A stretch of 48,688 nt of DNA from Raillietiella orientalis. Its lineage: Eukaryota. The notes under the pieces are model-generated. The model was given only the letters and a program-made list of their open reading frames with translations, had not been told where the DNA came from and ran no database searches. The stretch is taken from assembly GCA_036172245.1 (NCBI GenBank), contig JAYWIR010000019.1, forward strand, positions 3,658,001 through 3,706,688, read 5' to 3'. Positions 1 through 13,700 of this stretch are shown piece by piece; positions within the stretch are counted from its first letter, which is position 1; each line of letters begins with the position of its first letter. A program made the position numbers and the translations under genes.

Positions 1-1235
<1,235 letters not shown>

Positions 1236-1264
1236 CTAAGAAAATAGATGTTTATTATTAATTA

Positions 1265-1270
1265 AATAAA
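1265..1270 (+). promoter_or_regulatory. Probable polyadenylation signal of SRP54
   Basis: AATAAA 30 nt after the stop codon, followed by a T/GT-rich tract (ttatttattgtttgt). Confidence 0.6.
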
Positions 1271-1466
1271 AATTATTTATTGTTTGTATCTGGAATTACA
1301 ATCTCAAATTTAAAATTGGTTCATAATCGTAAATTTCGTACCATCCAGTTCCGATGCTTTATCATCAGGAAATCTACATGAAAATCCTGGGAAGCCCTAC
1401 TTAAACAGCAGAGAATACCTCAGTCCTGTGAACTTGGCAGCATATATTTAAATTGTTTATCTATGT

Positions 1467-1624
1467 TGCCCGAATCTTTGTGGAAAAAGATAGTTGACTT
1501 GCGTCCGGAAAAGAGGGACGGGAAGCGGTAAGGTTGGCTGACGAGGGGAATGTATGAGGAGCTCAGTCGTGACAGAAGCATAAAGTAGCGCAAGAGGAAG
1601 AAAGTGATGAAGATCTGTATCGAT
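1467..1624 (-). repeat. 158-bp inverted duplicate of 4173-4330 (left arm)
   Basis: tgcccgaatctttgtgg...agatctgtatcgat is the reverse complement of 4173-4330, with one mismatch seen (gtagcgcaag vs gtagcacaag). ORFs 1420..1638(-) and 4204..4401(+) share the peptide YFMLLSRLSSSYIPLVSQPYRFPSLFSGRKSTIFFHKDSG. Confidence 0.95.
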
Positions 1625-2237
1625 TCATGTCGTTTCACGGTAAACCATGTTAAAAATTAAATTCTGCAACAAAAACACCACTTCCGTTTCCGAATGCTTT
1701 GTTTTAAAAAGCATAAAAATTCCAGGTATCCCATCACTTCCGTGATTGCTCCTATCAAACAAAAGTTCGCTCTTTTAGAAAGAACGCGACGCAAGTTTGG
1801 TTCCACTTGATAGTCGGTTTCGGTACATTCCAGCAAGTGACTTGACTTTGTAATACATTTGCAGGGTTACGATGTGACCTCTACAGTTAGCGCGACCTCG
1901 CGCAAACTGGTCCGCCTCTCTGCGCCCTGCGGAAGCAATGCCGGTGTTACGACCCGGGTACGCCGGGTCGAGCAATGCCGGTGCGTGCGGAGTAGAAGGA
2001 ACAGTTCTGGCGACCGCCGAGAACGAGCCTGGCCCAACCTGGAAACCTCCTCTCCTTGCTGTCTTTTACTTCTTGCTCGGGGAGCAGCCCTGTGATCGTA
2101 AACACATCCTATCAAACGGATGTAAGCACGGACTCTGTCCTGCTCTTCTACACATGCAGTGCCGAGCTTGGAGTTGGCTCGAGCTTGTTAGCACCTCAGA
2201 AAAGTCAGCCATCGGGACGTAGCAAGCGGCAGATTCC

Positions 2238-5200
2238 GTGGGGCTGTGTTCGTGGTTTCGTTGTGTGTTTTGCTGTCGTTGCCTGCGGTCGTCGAGAACT
2301 GCGCAGAAAGCAGAAAGTGATGCGAGCATTTCGTTGTACGATCAGAGCAGCAGTGCCGCCTTTCAACTTCCCTTAGCTGAGGGTGAAGATAGTTCGATTC
2401 CTCCGTCGAAGAAGAAAAAGAACAGGTGTTCGAGGAATCTTCATTAGTGGTTAGTGGTCATGGAGTACTTACAAACGCAAAAGCCACATGCGTGGCACAG
2501 GCTGAACCGATACGGGCAAAGGACCGTTTGTTTGCGTGTTTTGCGTTTGATTGGAGTTTGCTTTCAGCTTGTGTACACGTGCCTTTGGACACTCGCCATG
2601 TGGAAGCATGCATAGTCATGGAATTGAACTAGAGGAGCATCCAAACAGAGAACTTTTAGCATTCCTTTCCACTGCTGCAGAAGCCATGGAGCAAGATAAG
2701 ATTAAAGTATTTCTGTTCGAGACTACTTGCTGAAAGAGTGATCAGAGTGCTTTCATAATGGTCCAGAAACAAGAAATCATTAATCATACGGACTTCAAGA
2801 AAGGAAATGAAGAATCCAATTCTGCTCATAAATCACTTCCAGCTGCAGCCAGCCTGCTAACCTTTGCTTACATTCTGCATGCATACAAACGAACGGAGCA
2901 CCTGTAGAAATCAAGCAGGGAGTCAAATTCTCCACTCATGAGCTCCTGGAGCCTTGGAAGTGGTCAACAGTCCAAGCAGTTTTAACATATTTTATATTCC
3001 ATAAACGGAGTCATTCGGAATCTCGGGAACAGACAAAAACATTTTTTTTTTTTTTTTTTCAAGAGAACACGTGAGGAGAATCTAGTTTTGAGAGCTGTTC
3101 CATATGGAATGAAACTTTCAGCTAGCATCACGGTATGAACATCACCGTAGAGCTCCAGCTGACGAACTCAAGGGGTTCATATAGAGTCCGACACGAAGAA
3201 TTCAAATTTCAAATGAAAGATTAGGTCATAACTACATTCACCTCATTCGGTATTTGCAAAATATATGAAAATGCGATCTCAGAATCAAGTGGACGTCATG
3301 ATTTGGAGCTCAACTTCTGAAGACTGAATTCCTATCAAGAATGCTAAAAAAAAAAAAAAAAGGGTGATTAAGATGCGACAACAGTGACCTTATCCCACTT
3401 ACCTTGTTCCACCATCATTCTTTCCTAGGGCTCTCCTTGCAGACTTTGATGGGCTGAGTGAGTTTTCTCCTTTCTTCTAAATTCATTTCCTGCATGTTTC
3501 GGAAAAAGACTCGACTTTTAGTTTTCCTACCGTACCCAAAACATTAAGTCCGAATGAAGCGAACTTTATTCAAGCATGTTCCTGCTTTTCAAATACCGTC
3601 CGAACACTTGCTCGGCGATTGTTCATAGAGAAGCACTGGAAATCACAGTCAAGACACACATGTGTTACGGCAAACACATAGCCGAGCATCTCTGCGGCGC
3701 AAGCGAGCTACCATTTACTTGTTCTCTCTTTACTACCGACATGCACATTTCTAATGGGCTTATTTAATCCACTTTTCGTACTTTCAAAGAAAGGGCGCCG
3801 GCTTAGGAAGTCACACCATACGTTTAGTACAAAGTCACAGTGTACTCTGTCTACCGGTCATGGTCTACTCACCATAAAAGTGTTCTTGGATTTCATAATG
3901 GCGACTACTGAATCCGCATCTGTTTTTATGAACTACAGGCATTGCACTGCTCGTTCAGGAAAATGGGAATCATTGCCTGTTTTGCTTCCCGCTTCACTTA
4001 AACCTTTTGATCCAACAAGACTCGGGCAGGAGAATTCATGCTTTTCAAATGCGCTGATACTGAGAAAGGTTCGTGTTGGTCGAGGTGGAGAATTCAGGGC
4101 TGCAAATTTGCCACAGTTGCTACGACATCTGCGAAAGAACGCAGAAAACGAACCCAAATGAAGACTCTTCTCATCGATACAGATCTTCATCACTTTCTTC
4201 CTCTTGTGCTACTTTATGCTTCTGTCACGACTGAGCTCCTCATACATTCCCCTCGTCAGCCAACCTTACCGCTTCCCGTCCCTCTTTTCCGGACGCAAGT
4301 CAACTATCTTTTTCCACAAAGATTCGGGCAGGAGATTTTCTACAGCATCCCACCAGAAAAGGAACGTTCACTTCTTCTACTTCCAACTCTACGGACTTTG
4401 AGAGGGCCTTCGGCCAATATTAGGACAGGAATTCCCATGCACCGTGAAATTAAATTCGCATTCCTTCCATCATCATCTGCAAATTGCACCTAACATCACG
4501 ACGCATAGCGATGGCCCCATTTTGCATCAGTCCCAATTTCACTCATTTCCCATCTGCTCCGTTTACCGAGCTGCCTACAAAACAGTGTGCACTCCCAATT
4601 TCGCTGAACGGATAAAAGCACCGAATTTCAAAGGGGAAAAGTCCATTCCCTTTCGCTCGGTAGTCGAAACGGAAGCACAGGAAAACGTGTGTTTGCAACG
4701 GGATCCTTACCACATAGGATTCCCATAAGAATAAATCATTGGGAATTGACCCCGGACTGAGCCCGACTGGAAACCAATACGCTCGTATCTTATGTATTCC
4801 CCTCTGTGCACCGCCTGTTTGCACAGCATCCTCATCCGAACGCTCGATCTTTCCATCCCACGGATCTCAAGTGTGAGTTTCCGCCAGCAGCTGATGGATA
4901 ATCGAACAACGGAAATCAACATTCTGTGAGTAGAGGAGGTGAAGATGGTCGGATGCACTCTGGATCATGACGGCTTCCAACGCTCCACGTCTCCTAGTTT
5001 TCCCTTTGAGAGAGGAAAATGACACGGGCGATTCACAAGCGGATGCTTTTCTTCGAGATGGGAGGTGAAAGTAGGGCTTGGCAGGTGATGAGGGTAGCGA
5101 ACGACCATCGGATGTGCTGAGAAGAAAAGCATTGTCTCTTGAAGGAATGTGGTGTGCGCGTGAAGAGTGGACTGCAAGGAATGCCAATACGGAAAAATAA

Positions 5201-5330
5201 AGATTGGGTGCAGAGGATTGGAGCAGGCTTGTGGATGGAACCCGCAATCTGTTGAGAGAGCGTGGACAACTCCCGAACACCTCGAAAACGAACATACCAT
5301 TAAGCAACCTGATTCTCCGAGCAGGACGAA
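2238..5330 (+). pseudogene. Decayed BTB-BACK-Kelch (KLHL-type) gene
   Basis: Domain remnants lie in the expected order. BTB: IELEEHPNRELLAFLSTA (about 2620-2680) and SAHKSLPAAASLLTFAYILHAY (2821-2886; cf. ENVQSLLPAASLLQ). BACK: VRHEEFKF...IYENAISESSGRHDLE with IKW in the adjacent frame (about 3185-3310; cf. EEFL..VFEAVIKWVKHDLE). Kelch: STGHGLLTIK...YRHCTARSGKWESLPVL (about 3850-3985), CADTEKGSCWS, and ACGWNPQSVERAW (about 5226-5265). Many stops and frameshifts. Assigned by eye. Confidence 0.62.
4173..4330 (+). repeat. 158-bp segment duplicated in inverted orientation at 1467-1624 (right arm)
   Basis: Direct reverse-complement comparison with 1467-1624. Confidence 0.95.
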
Positions 5331-5549
5331 CAGGGAAACATGATTTTGCTACTTGCCAGTTCTGGGCAAATAGTGTTACTTGAGGACGCTTTCATTCCAA
5401 TCGCTTGTCTGCTTAATGGATGGATTATGGTTTATTTATATGAGGAGTTTCTTATGTCTGAAGACTAAAATTATTTGGTTAGAAGACGAAGAATGTAGTT
5501 ACGGTTTGACGATAGGAACACAACTATTAAAAAGTTTTTAGGAATGATA

Positions 5550-5760
5550 TGGAGTGTGGGGATGTGTCGTGATGTACTCTCAAATCAAGAAATCTACCTC
5601 GAGGAAGAAACTGAACGACAGTTTGCGTGGGTGTCATCTTAGAGGTCTCTCCCAGAAATCTCCACCAAACTTGATTGAAGTTAACATGGTTGTCAACATG
5701 TATTTTGTAGACCACAAATTGATCGAAAATTTATGTTGAATTGATTGATTCGGTGATGTG
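5550..5760 (+). pseudogene. Possible second BACK-domain remnant
   Basis: One frame reads MCRDVLSNQEIYLEEETERQFAWVSS*RSLPEIS, resembling the BACK consensus L.ELLSSDELNVESEE.VF.AV..WV...LPELL. It is weak and contains stops. Confidence 0.3.
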
Positions 5761-6825
5761 TTCCATTTTAGACGAACTGAATGGATGAGCTTTCTTTTGG
5801 TCCATTAGAAGGGCTTTCAAGGTTTCGTTTCGTTTGGTATACAATGCTAGTAGTTGTACGCTTCTCATCTGCGTGGGGTGATCGTACTTAGGAGAGGCCA
5901 GTCTGCTTAGTTTAGTAAAGGGAGGAAATTTGTTCACACCTGCAAACGTCAGTATGTATACGAAATGTTTGTGATCAAACACTTGACATAAATACCTATG
6001 TTTCGAAAGACCTATTTTTTGTTAAAAGAGAAATTTAAAACTTGATAGGGTTGTTATGCATAAGATGGAATTTGTATAGACACGGAAGTGAAAGATTGGT
6101 AATCAGCCACGCATGACTAGTGAGTAAAAAGTTTTCAAATGAAATCACGAACGAAAAGTTAGGTGGGTGGGATATGATGCAAAAACCAGTAAAGGAAGCA
6201 AAAGTAGGATTGGTGCAGTTGCTGATACTTTAGTGATATTAAAAATATTCTCCTGAGAGAATAGAATGAAAAGCTTCAAAGGAGGTAAAATCTGAATAGC
6301 AAACGAATGGAGTAGTAGTCAAGCGATAATTAATGATGCACGAGAATGCAAAAGTTTGAACTGATTAATCATAGGTAATCCTCAGAGGAGGTTGAGGAAG
6401 GAAATTATCATTCTAGTGGTATAGTATTAATTTTATAAACTGGTTTGCACGAATAAAAGCTTTAATTGAATGCATGGTTAGTCTGAATCTAAGGTAGAGA
6501 TCACATAGGCGCCAAATGTAAGAGATTTGTGATGCTGGACAAGTAAGGCCACAACTTAAATTACATTCAAGTTATTTTTGTAGTGACATCCTTACTTGAT
6601 CCACATTGTCGAACAAGATAGATAGAAGAGGATAGGAAGATCAACTCATTAATCACCAGTTCAATCATGATAAATTTCAGGTTCACAAAATAAACTGAAT
6701 GTAACTGTGTTGTAAGTGGAGGGTTTTGTTTAGACCAATGCACTCATGTGATTTGCAGTTCACAATAAAATGGAAAGCAGATTAGATTAAAAATGTATGC
6801 ACAATGATAATGGTGCACCATAATA

Positions 6826-6870
6826 GTTGTGATAGGCACTGCTCACTATATGAGCAGTGCCTATCACAAC
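6826..6870. repeat. Perfect 20-bp inverted repeat with 5-nt loop
   Basis: gttgtgataggcactgctca-ctata-tgagcagtgcctatcacaac; the arms are exact reverse complements. Confidence 0.95.
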
Positions 6871-7779
6871 AATAAGAGGGACTCCATAAATTTCCAATTT
6901 CTCTCTCATTTGAATCTTCATCTCTTTATAGCATTCTAAAAAACTTGGGCTTACCTTCCAGTGTTTTTCTCGATTTTCTTTAAGTGCTTTAGCCAACAAA
7001 TAAATATCAAAACTTCTTTCATTTACCAATTTTAATTTTACTTAACTCCAATGATGAAAATTAAAATGATTTGAATCTAATGAAAACCATGTTACAATAT
7101 CAAATTGTTTGCAAATCTTTGTAATCTAACACTTGCAAATGTTCAAAGTCCATTCTCAAAACTGAAAATGGTCACGATTTGTAATTATAATTGCCTCTTT
7201 TTGCTATGTTACAAAAAATTTGCGTTTCAAGAACCATTTGAGAGTCATACATTTACCAAATTGCTTCATAGTGATATATACATTTTATAAATTCATAAAA
7301 AAAAAAACAAAAAACAAATGTACAAATATATTTCAAACCCTTGTATTACTTTTCTGAACACTGAATTTCAAAAGACAGTGTTCAGATTTTGTGATTAAAA
7401 GAATGCCTGTTTGTAAAAACATCTGAAACTGAAATTATTTCTTATATTATCATAATAAGTTGATTCACAACACTGAAAAGTGACAGCACATCAGTCCTTA
7501 TCAACAAGAAAATGTTAACAAACAAAAAGAAAACATAAAATTCAAAATGGCATTAATCACTTAATGATTGCATTTCAATTGCAAACATGGATTAAGCAAA
7601 CTAACTAAAGGCTTAACTAAATCCAAAGCATTAAGGAATCAATAGAATCTTGATGATCAGCAAATTGCATGTTCTGATACAATCTAAGAAATTACTAATA
7701 TTTACTAAAATGTTGCAACATAAAATAAGAGATAATCTCAATGGGGTATTCTGAGTGGTAACAAACTACATCTCAACTG

Positions 7780-10700
7780 TCAACCAATCACAGATCGTTT
7801 TTGAAATTTATACTGCAATACACGAATAGCATCTTTCCAACTTTCATCATGAGCTGGGAATTGGCATAATAGTAGGGATATTAGTTCTGCTCCAAATTTG
7901 TCTGGCATTAGGGTAACCAGATTCAAAAGCTACACAAAACTAGAATAGAATAATCAATTATACGAATTACCAATTCAGGTGGCATCAACTGTAATATAAC
8001 AGAGGAATGTTCGTGCCTGCACTCAATAATGAGTTTGACAACCAAGCAAATGAAGTCAATTTCAGGACATATGATCCCTTCGCTGGAGATGGCAAAAAAA
8101 TGAAAAAAAGTGGTACGCACTGCTTTCAGAACATCATCATGTTGAGAATTTGAAGAATGTGTAGCATAGGTAGAGTCCTCAGAAACGTCCTGAAAGCACA
8201 CCACCGATATTAAGTATGAAATCAATAGAAAGAGATAAAAACAATGTAATAAGTGATTCAATTGAAAGCTGACATTCTATTTTATCCAAATGCACATGGT
8301 ATAACATTCAACATATGTTGTAAACATTTATGACATAACTGGGCTAACTTAACATGCTAATCACATTTCAGTTTCTTTTCAAATCTTCAATGCATAGAAA
8401 ACAGAACAAAACATCATATGCATAATATTGAATTATTGAGTTATATGGGCAGAAAAGTATCTTTTGCAATGCACATTTTCTTCAAAATTTTGGAAAACAA
8501 TGTTTTTGAAAACACTCAATTTAGGAACCATTATGCCAATAAGAACGTAAATTTTGCATAAATAAAATGTAAGCACCAAAAACCTTACCAGTTCTTGCTG
8601 ACATAATTCATCAATTTTTAACAAATCTGGTTTCGATGATTTAAAGAATATAGCCATAAAAATTGAATACACAACCAATTTCGCCAGGCCACCTAGTGCT
8701 GGTTGGCACAATTGTTGTGTCAACTGCTCTTGTTTTTCTGATTCACTATTACAACATTTAAAAAACACACATCAAAACTGCTTTTACTTTTGTTGGAAAA
8801 AAATTTCGTTCACACACTTCGGTTTCTGGATCATCTGTGGCAAGACTTCCACAAGTAGAGTAATGGTACAGACCCGGAGATTGGGCAAAAATGTGCACAG
8901 CACTGTTTCAATTATTGCCTCCATCATGGTCTCGTTAGAACAATTCATAATTTCCTCAAGAAAAAATTAATTGTAGTTTGCTACCCTAAACAAGTCTTGT
9001 GATACCTGAACCAAAGTACTAATCATCCAAGTGGTACCACCAGAATTAAATAACTGGATGAAATTATGCAAATCAGCATCAGTAAACCAATGTCTTTTCA
9101 GAACTATTCTCCATGACTTGTACAATTTCTGCTGCAACAGATCCCTTGATGATGGAAAATGTGACGAGGGATAGGTTACTGTTTCTTTCATCTTACTCAC
9201 AATAGCAACCATAATGTTAAATCTAAAATTCACATCAACATGGTAGCAAACGTACTGTATCATCTCAATAGATATTCAAGCACAAGCACCTTTCACGATA
9301 ATTTTCCTGTGAAGAATCATCAGGCTTAAATGTTAGTATTTGTTCAAGCATGCTCTGCTGAAGTTTCTTCATGGAAACATTTGGCACCATCTATCAGAGT
9401 TAAAAATAATTTAAATAACCTACTTCAGTCAAAAGAAACAATTTTTTTCAAAGAATGGCAATATTTAATAAATCATGCTTCATATTACTTCAATTTCTAA
9501 AAAAAAATTAATAAACTAGTTCTGTGATGAATAAATCCATCATAAACATTGAACTAAATAAAACAAATTATGGACTATTATAAAAAATGAACCATGCCAG
9601 TGATACTGAATAAACATTCTATGAAAAAAAATGAAAATAAAGTTGAAATTCCATATAAAATTTCAATTTAGCACTTTTATATACTTTAGTACATTGCAAG
9701 AAATGATTTAAAAAGCAAATAACAAATGCGATCAATTCCTATTCTCCAACACTACTAATACAATTTGCAGAAAGAAACAAAGAGAATCACAAAGAAAGTT
9801 GAATTTATTCGTTTCTGTTTTGTGTTCACTCTTGCTTCTGTTATTATGATAAAAATACACATATCTTTTGGATCCAGTATGTTAACAGCAAATGATGAAT
9901 ATGAATGAAGCATTCAATACAATAATAACAATAACAGAAATAATAATACAAAGAATGTAGTTTTATACTTAAGGCATAAAAATATAATACACTCATATAA
10001 ACATAACAATTATATTTATAGTTTCATGGTTGTAATTCTTGGATTCATTGCTAAACAGAATTATTACAAATAAGAACAAGAAAAGTGGCAAATGAATAAA
10101 GTAATAGGAACGTGCTTTTCAATACGGCATAACTCTAACCACTCTTCTAAAATGCAAACTCATTCAATCAATGCAAAAACCCTTGAAATCTAGTAAACAT
10201 AAAAGACTACTCTGTCAACCCTGCATAGAAAACCACTTGAAAATCTGCTTCTAATTTCAATATGTTTGCATGTTTCTTTCTACATAGTTCTCAAACTTTT
10301 CTAGCAATCAATGAGTTTTCATATGAGTTTGAAATATCCACTTCGTGATTCACGTTATGATTGCAATGCCAGTGGAATGCTACTAATAAATAGTTCATCC
10401 TCCTCCTGTTTTACAAGACTACTTGTTCTCTAAAAGAATTTCAAAATCTCTAATTTCCCCACGAGATGTTAGAAGAATTCAATAAATATTAATATAACAA
10501 TTTTTTAATTCCTTAGGTTTTTATGTTGTGGATCTTTTTTATAGGGTGTTTAAACTTCGAATCTTTTGAACTTAATTAAAAGGCTAATCAAAGCACCATT
10601 TTCACTTCAATGGCCGAATTATGTTTTGACTTTCACTACATCATGACAGCTACTACAGACTGTTTAATGCATACCATCAGGAAGCACTTTATCCAAGAAA

Positions 10701-13700
10701 TATAAGAAATCACAGTTGTCTTTTCGAAGACAATACATGATAAATGGCTTGATGTCCTCTAAAATCTTGACATATATATGATGGGATATTAGGGAACTGT
10801 TTCCACTTGGAAAACTTTACTTCTATCGCAATCAATCAAAATCAACGAACTTTATGCTTTTCAACCTGAGGTTTAAAATGCTTTCTCTCCTTTAAACAGT
10901 GTTGCTTTGTTTTTTGTATAATGTACCACATAAAATGTAAAACAACAAATTTTTGAAAGTTTGGAATGATAAAAAAATTCCAAAAATTAAAAATGTATGC
11001 CAATAAGAATGTGCATGATCAAAATCAAAGATTAAGTCAGGCTCTTATAAAATTAAATAAACGAATTACAGGAGCAATCTTGAAACCCTTCAATTAAAAC
11101 AAATGCATTAATAGTTCCCAAGATTATTTCAACATATGCGAAGATTACTTTTCCAAGACACTATATAACTAATTAAATATTTGGTCTACTACTAGCTGCA
11201 TAAGTAAGCATGAAATCTTAATACATTTGGAACTGCTTGCTGTGTGGCGTTAATGATTTTTAATACAATTAATTTATCTGTACAAATTGTCTTTCTTGAG
11301 TACTTCCTAGAGTAAAAATCTACCTAGTAATTAATTTACATTGTATTATGAATTTGCACAATAGCCCCCTTTATGGTAAAAAAACAAAATAAAAAAATAA
11401 AAACACCTGATGCAAAACAATAATTTCAAATTCATTTCTTTGGTTGTTTCTGGTATTTTGCTTGATACTACAATTTCTGAATTATGATACTTGTAATAAG
11501 TATAATCAGTTATTAAGTATTATGTGCAATCATTTTCACAGTTGGTTTTTTTTTCCAATAATAAAATTTCATGATTCGACATGAATATTTATTTACATAT
11601 ATAAAAATGGGGAAAAACCAACGAATCTCATTAGCCCATAAATGAAATTTTACTACAATCAAAACAGTGCAAGCAAAAATGTTTCGAAATTTTTTTATTC
11701 CAGTAAATCATTCATTCATTTCTTTTATGAAGTGAAACAGAAGTGCATGGGGAAAAACGAAAATCAATTTAATAATGTTTGATACTTTGAGATGCTAGTT
11801 CTGCAATAAATACAACTAAATTTTTCCTTCTACTTAAAGATTCGAGAGATTTGAAAATCCTGCATTTGATATTTCAAAACAATTATGTTATGGAGACTAC
11901 ATGATTGATGAAAATACAGATCTAGGCTATTACTAATTATACTAGGCTATTTATGTAAAACGTTAGAAAAAATCATGCTTACTTTCAAAGATGACACTAG
12001 CCATACTGAGGCTGATATCGAAAAACAAAACAATTTTGATAGAATATTAAGCATTCTTTGTACATCAAATGCTGTTAAGATATCATTTTCCCAAGCCAAC
12101 AGCATCTCATGAATAACTGCTGGAATACTGATGCATACTTCCGAAAACTTCGGATAGCTAAAATATCATCAAAGTCAGATACAAAAAAAAAAATTCAAAG
12201 GACAAGCATCGGAACTAATAACTGCAAATAAATTAAGACCATCTACCTAAGCCTTATATCTGTGTCTGAAGATTGAAGAAGCTGCAATAAATAATCTGTC
12301 ACATTTGAATCACACTTCTGCAAAATATCGCCAGATGACTGGGTAGTATTTTTTTTTGTAAACATCATCTTAATCCAGCGTACATAAGATAAGTCCCCAA
12401 TATCGGATGAAATTACTGCCTTTAAACATAAAATGTCTTATTACCGAGATTTATTACCAAGACTTACCACCAAGATTATGAATAAATAAAACAGACCAAA
12501 GAGCAAATCATTCAATAAACAAAACATGTCTGAACAGAATACTTACAGAGATGCCATATTCCTGGATCATGTAAGTCAACAGGAGAAAACAAATGTCAAA
12601 AAGAAGGCTTTTTTGAATGATAACTTTAGCAGAGTCACCAACTGCCTGTTTGCAAGACTCATTCAAATATATGAGTATTGAAGCAAATGCCTTAATTTGA
12701 TTGGTAGCAGCAAAAGCTGACACAATTAATTTCAGCATTCTTCCAGAGGTCAAGGAACAAAGGACGGTAAGAGGAGATTCCTGTTAAAAAATAAACTCAA
12801 AGCCGGGATTAAATTTTCGTAAACACTAACTAATGACTTCTGAGCATCTGGATATCTCAATGTTTTCAAGATACTTGCAAGGGTGAGATCAGCTTTCATA
12901 AATAGTTTCATATCACTAGAAAAGGATCCAATCATTTTTACATGAAAATTATCGGTATCCAAAGTCCTGAAATTGAAAAACTGCAAAATTTTCTCAACAA
13001 AAGTTTCTTAATGTGAACACTTAATATGTTTTACATATTAACTTTGTGATGCACTATTTACATTACTGACATTTCAATTTCCACAGAAATAAAACTTGAC
13101 TACATCGTTATTCTGAATCGTTATTTTAGTACAAATACAAAGGCATGTAAATAATAAATAAATAAAATAGCATCTAATAAATCCAATATAATTACACAGA
13201 AATGAAAATAGACTGAGAAAATAACAGGAGTTATAAATAATAAATAATTTTACATTACAGAATTAATAGATAATTTTTAAAACATACACCAGCATGGTAA
13301 TCAGATTCATATAAAAACGCAAATTAACATTGGTGAGGAAGGTGATATTGCATTTTATTATTTCTGGCAATATACCATGTAGAGAAATCAATTGGATTTG
13401 ATTAAAACGAACACACAAATACATCGAAGTATGATAGCAGAATATTAATTTCCCATGCATGACTGAATATGAAATGAAAAAAGCAGCAACATAAGGATGC
13501 CCAAACTTGGCCACAATCTTTAAATTAATCTGTGAATAAATCTAAAATGAAACATTAAACCAACCATATCCAAACAACATAACTAACCAGGAATGCACAG
13601 TTCTAATTTTGCAATTAGTTAAATGTATTACAAAATATTCAAGTTTCTTGTGCATCTTCACTTGAAATATAGATACTTGTTTTCTGTGGAATACATAATT

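Noticed and set aside
1945..2105. Solo LTR starting TGTTACGACCC
   Set aside because: The candidate end (tcgtaaaca) is imperfect, and no target-site duplication, PBS, PPT or second LTR was found.
6787..7029. 80-aa minus-strand ORF
   Set aside because: Non-ATG start, no recognisable homology, and it runs through the hairpin.
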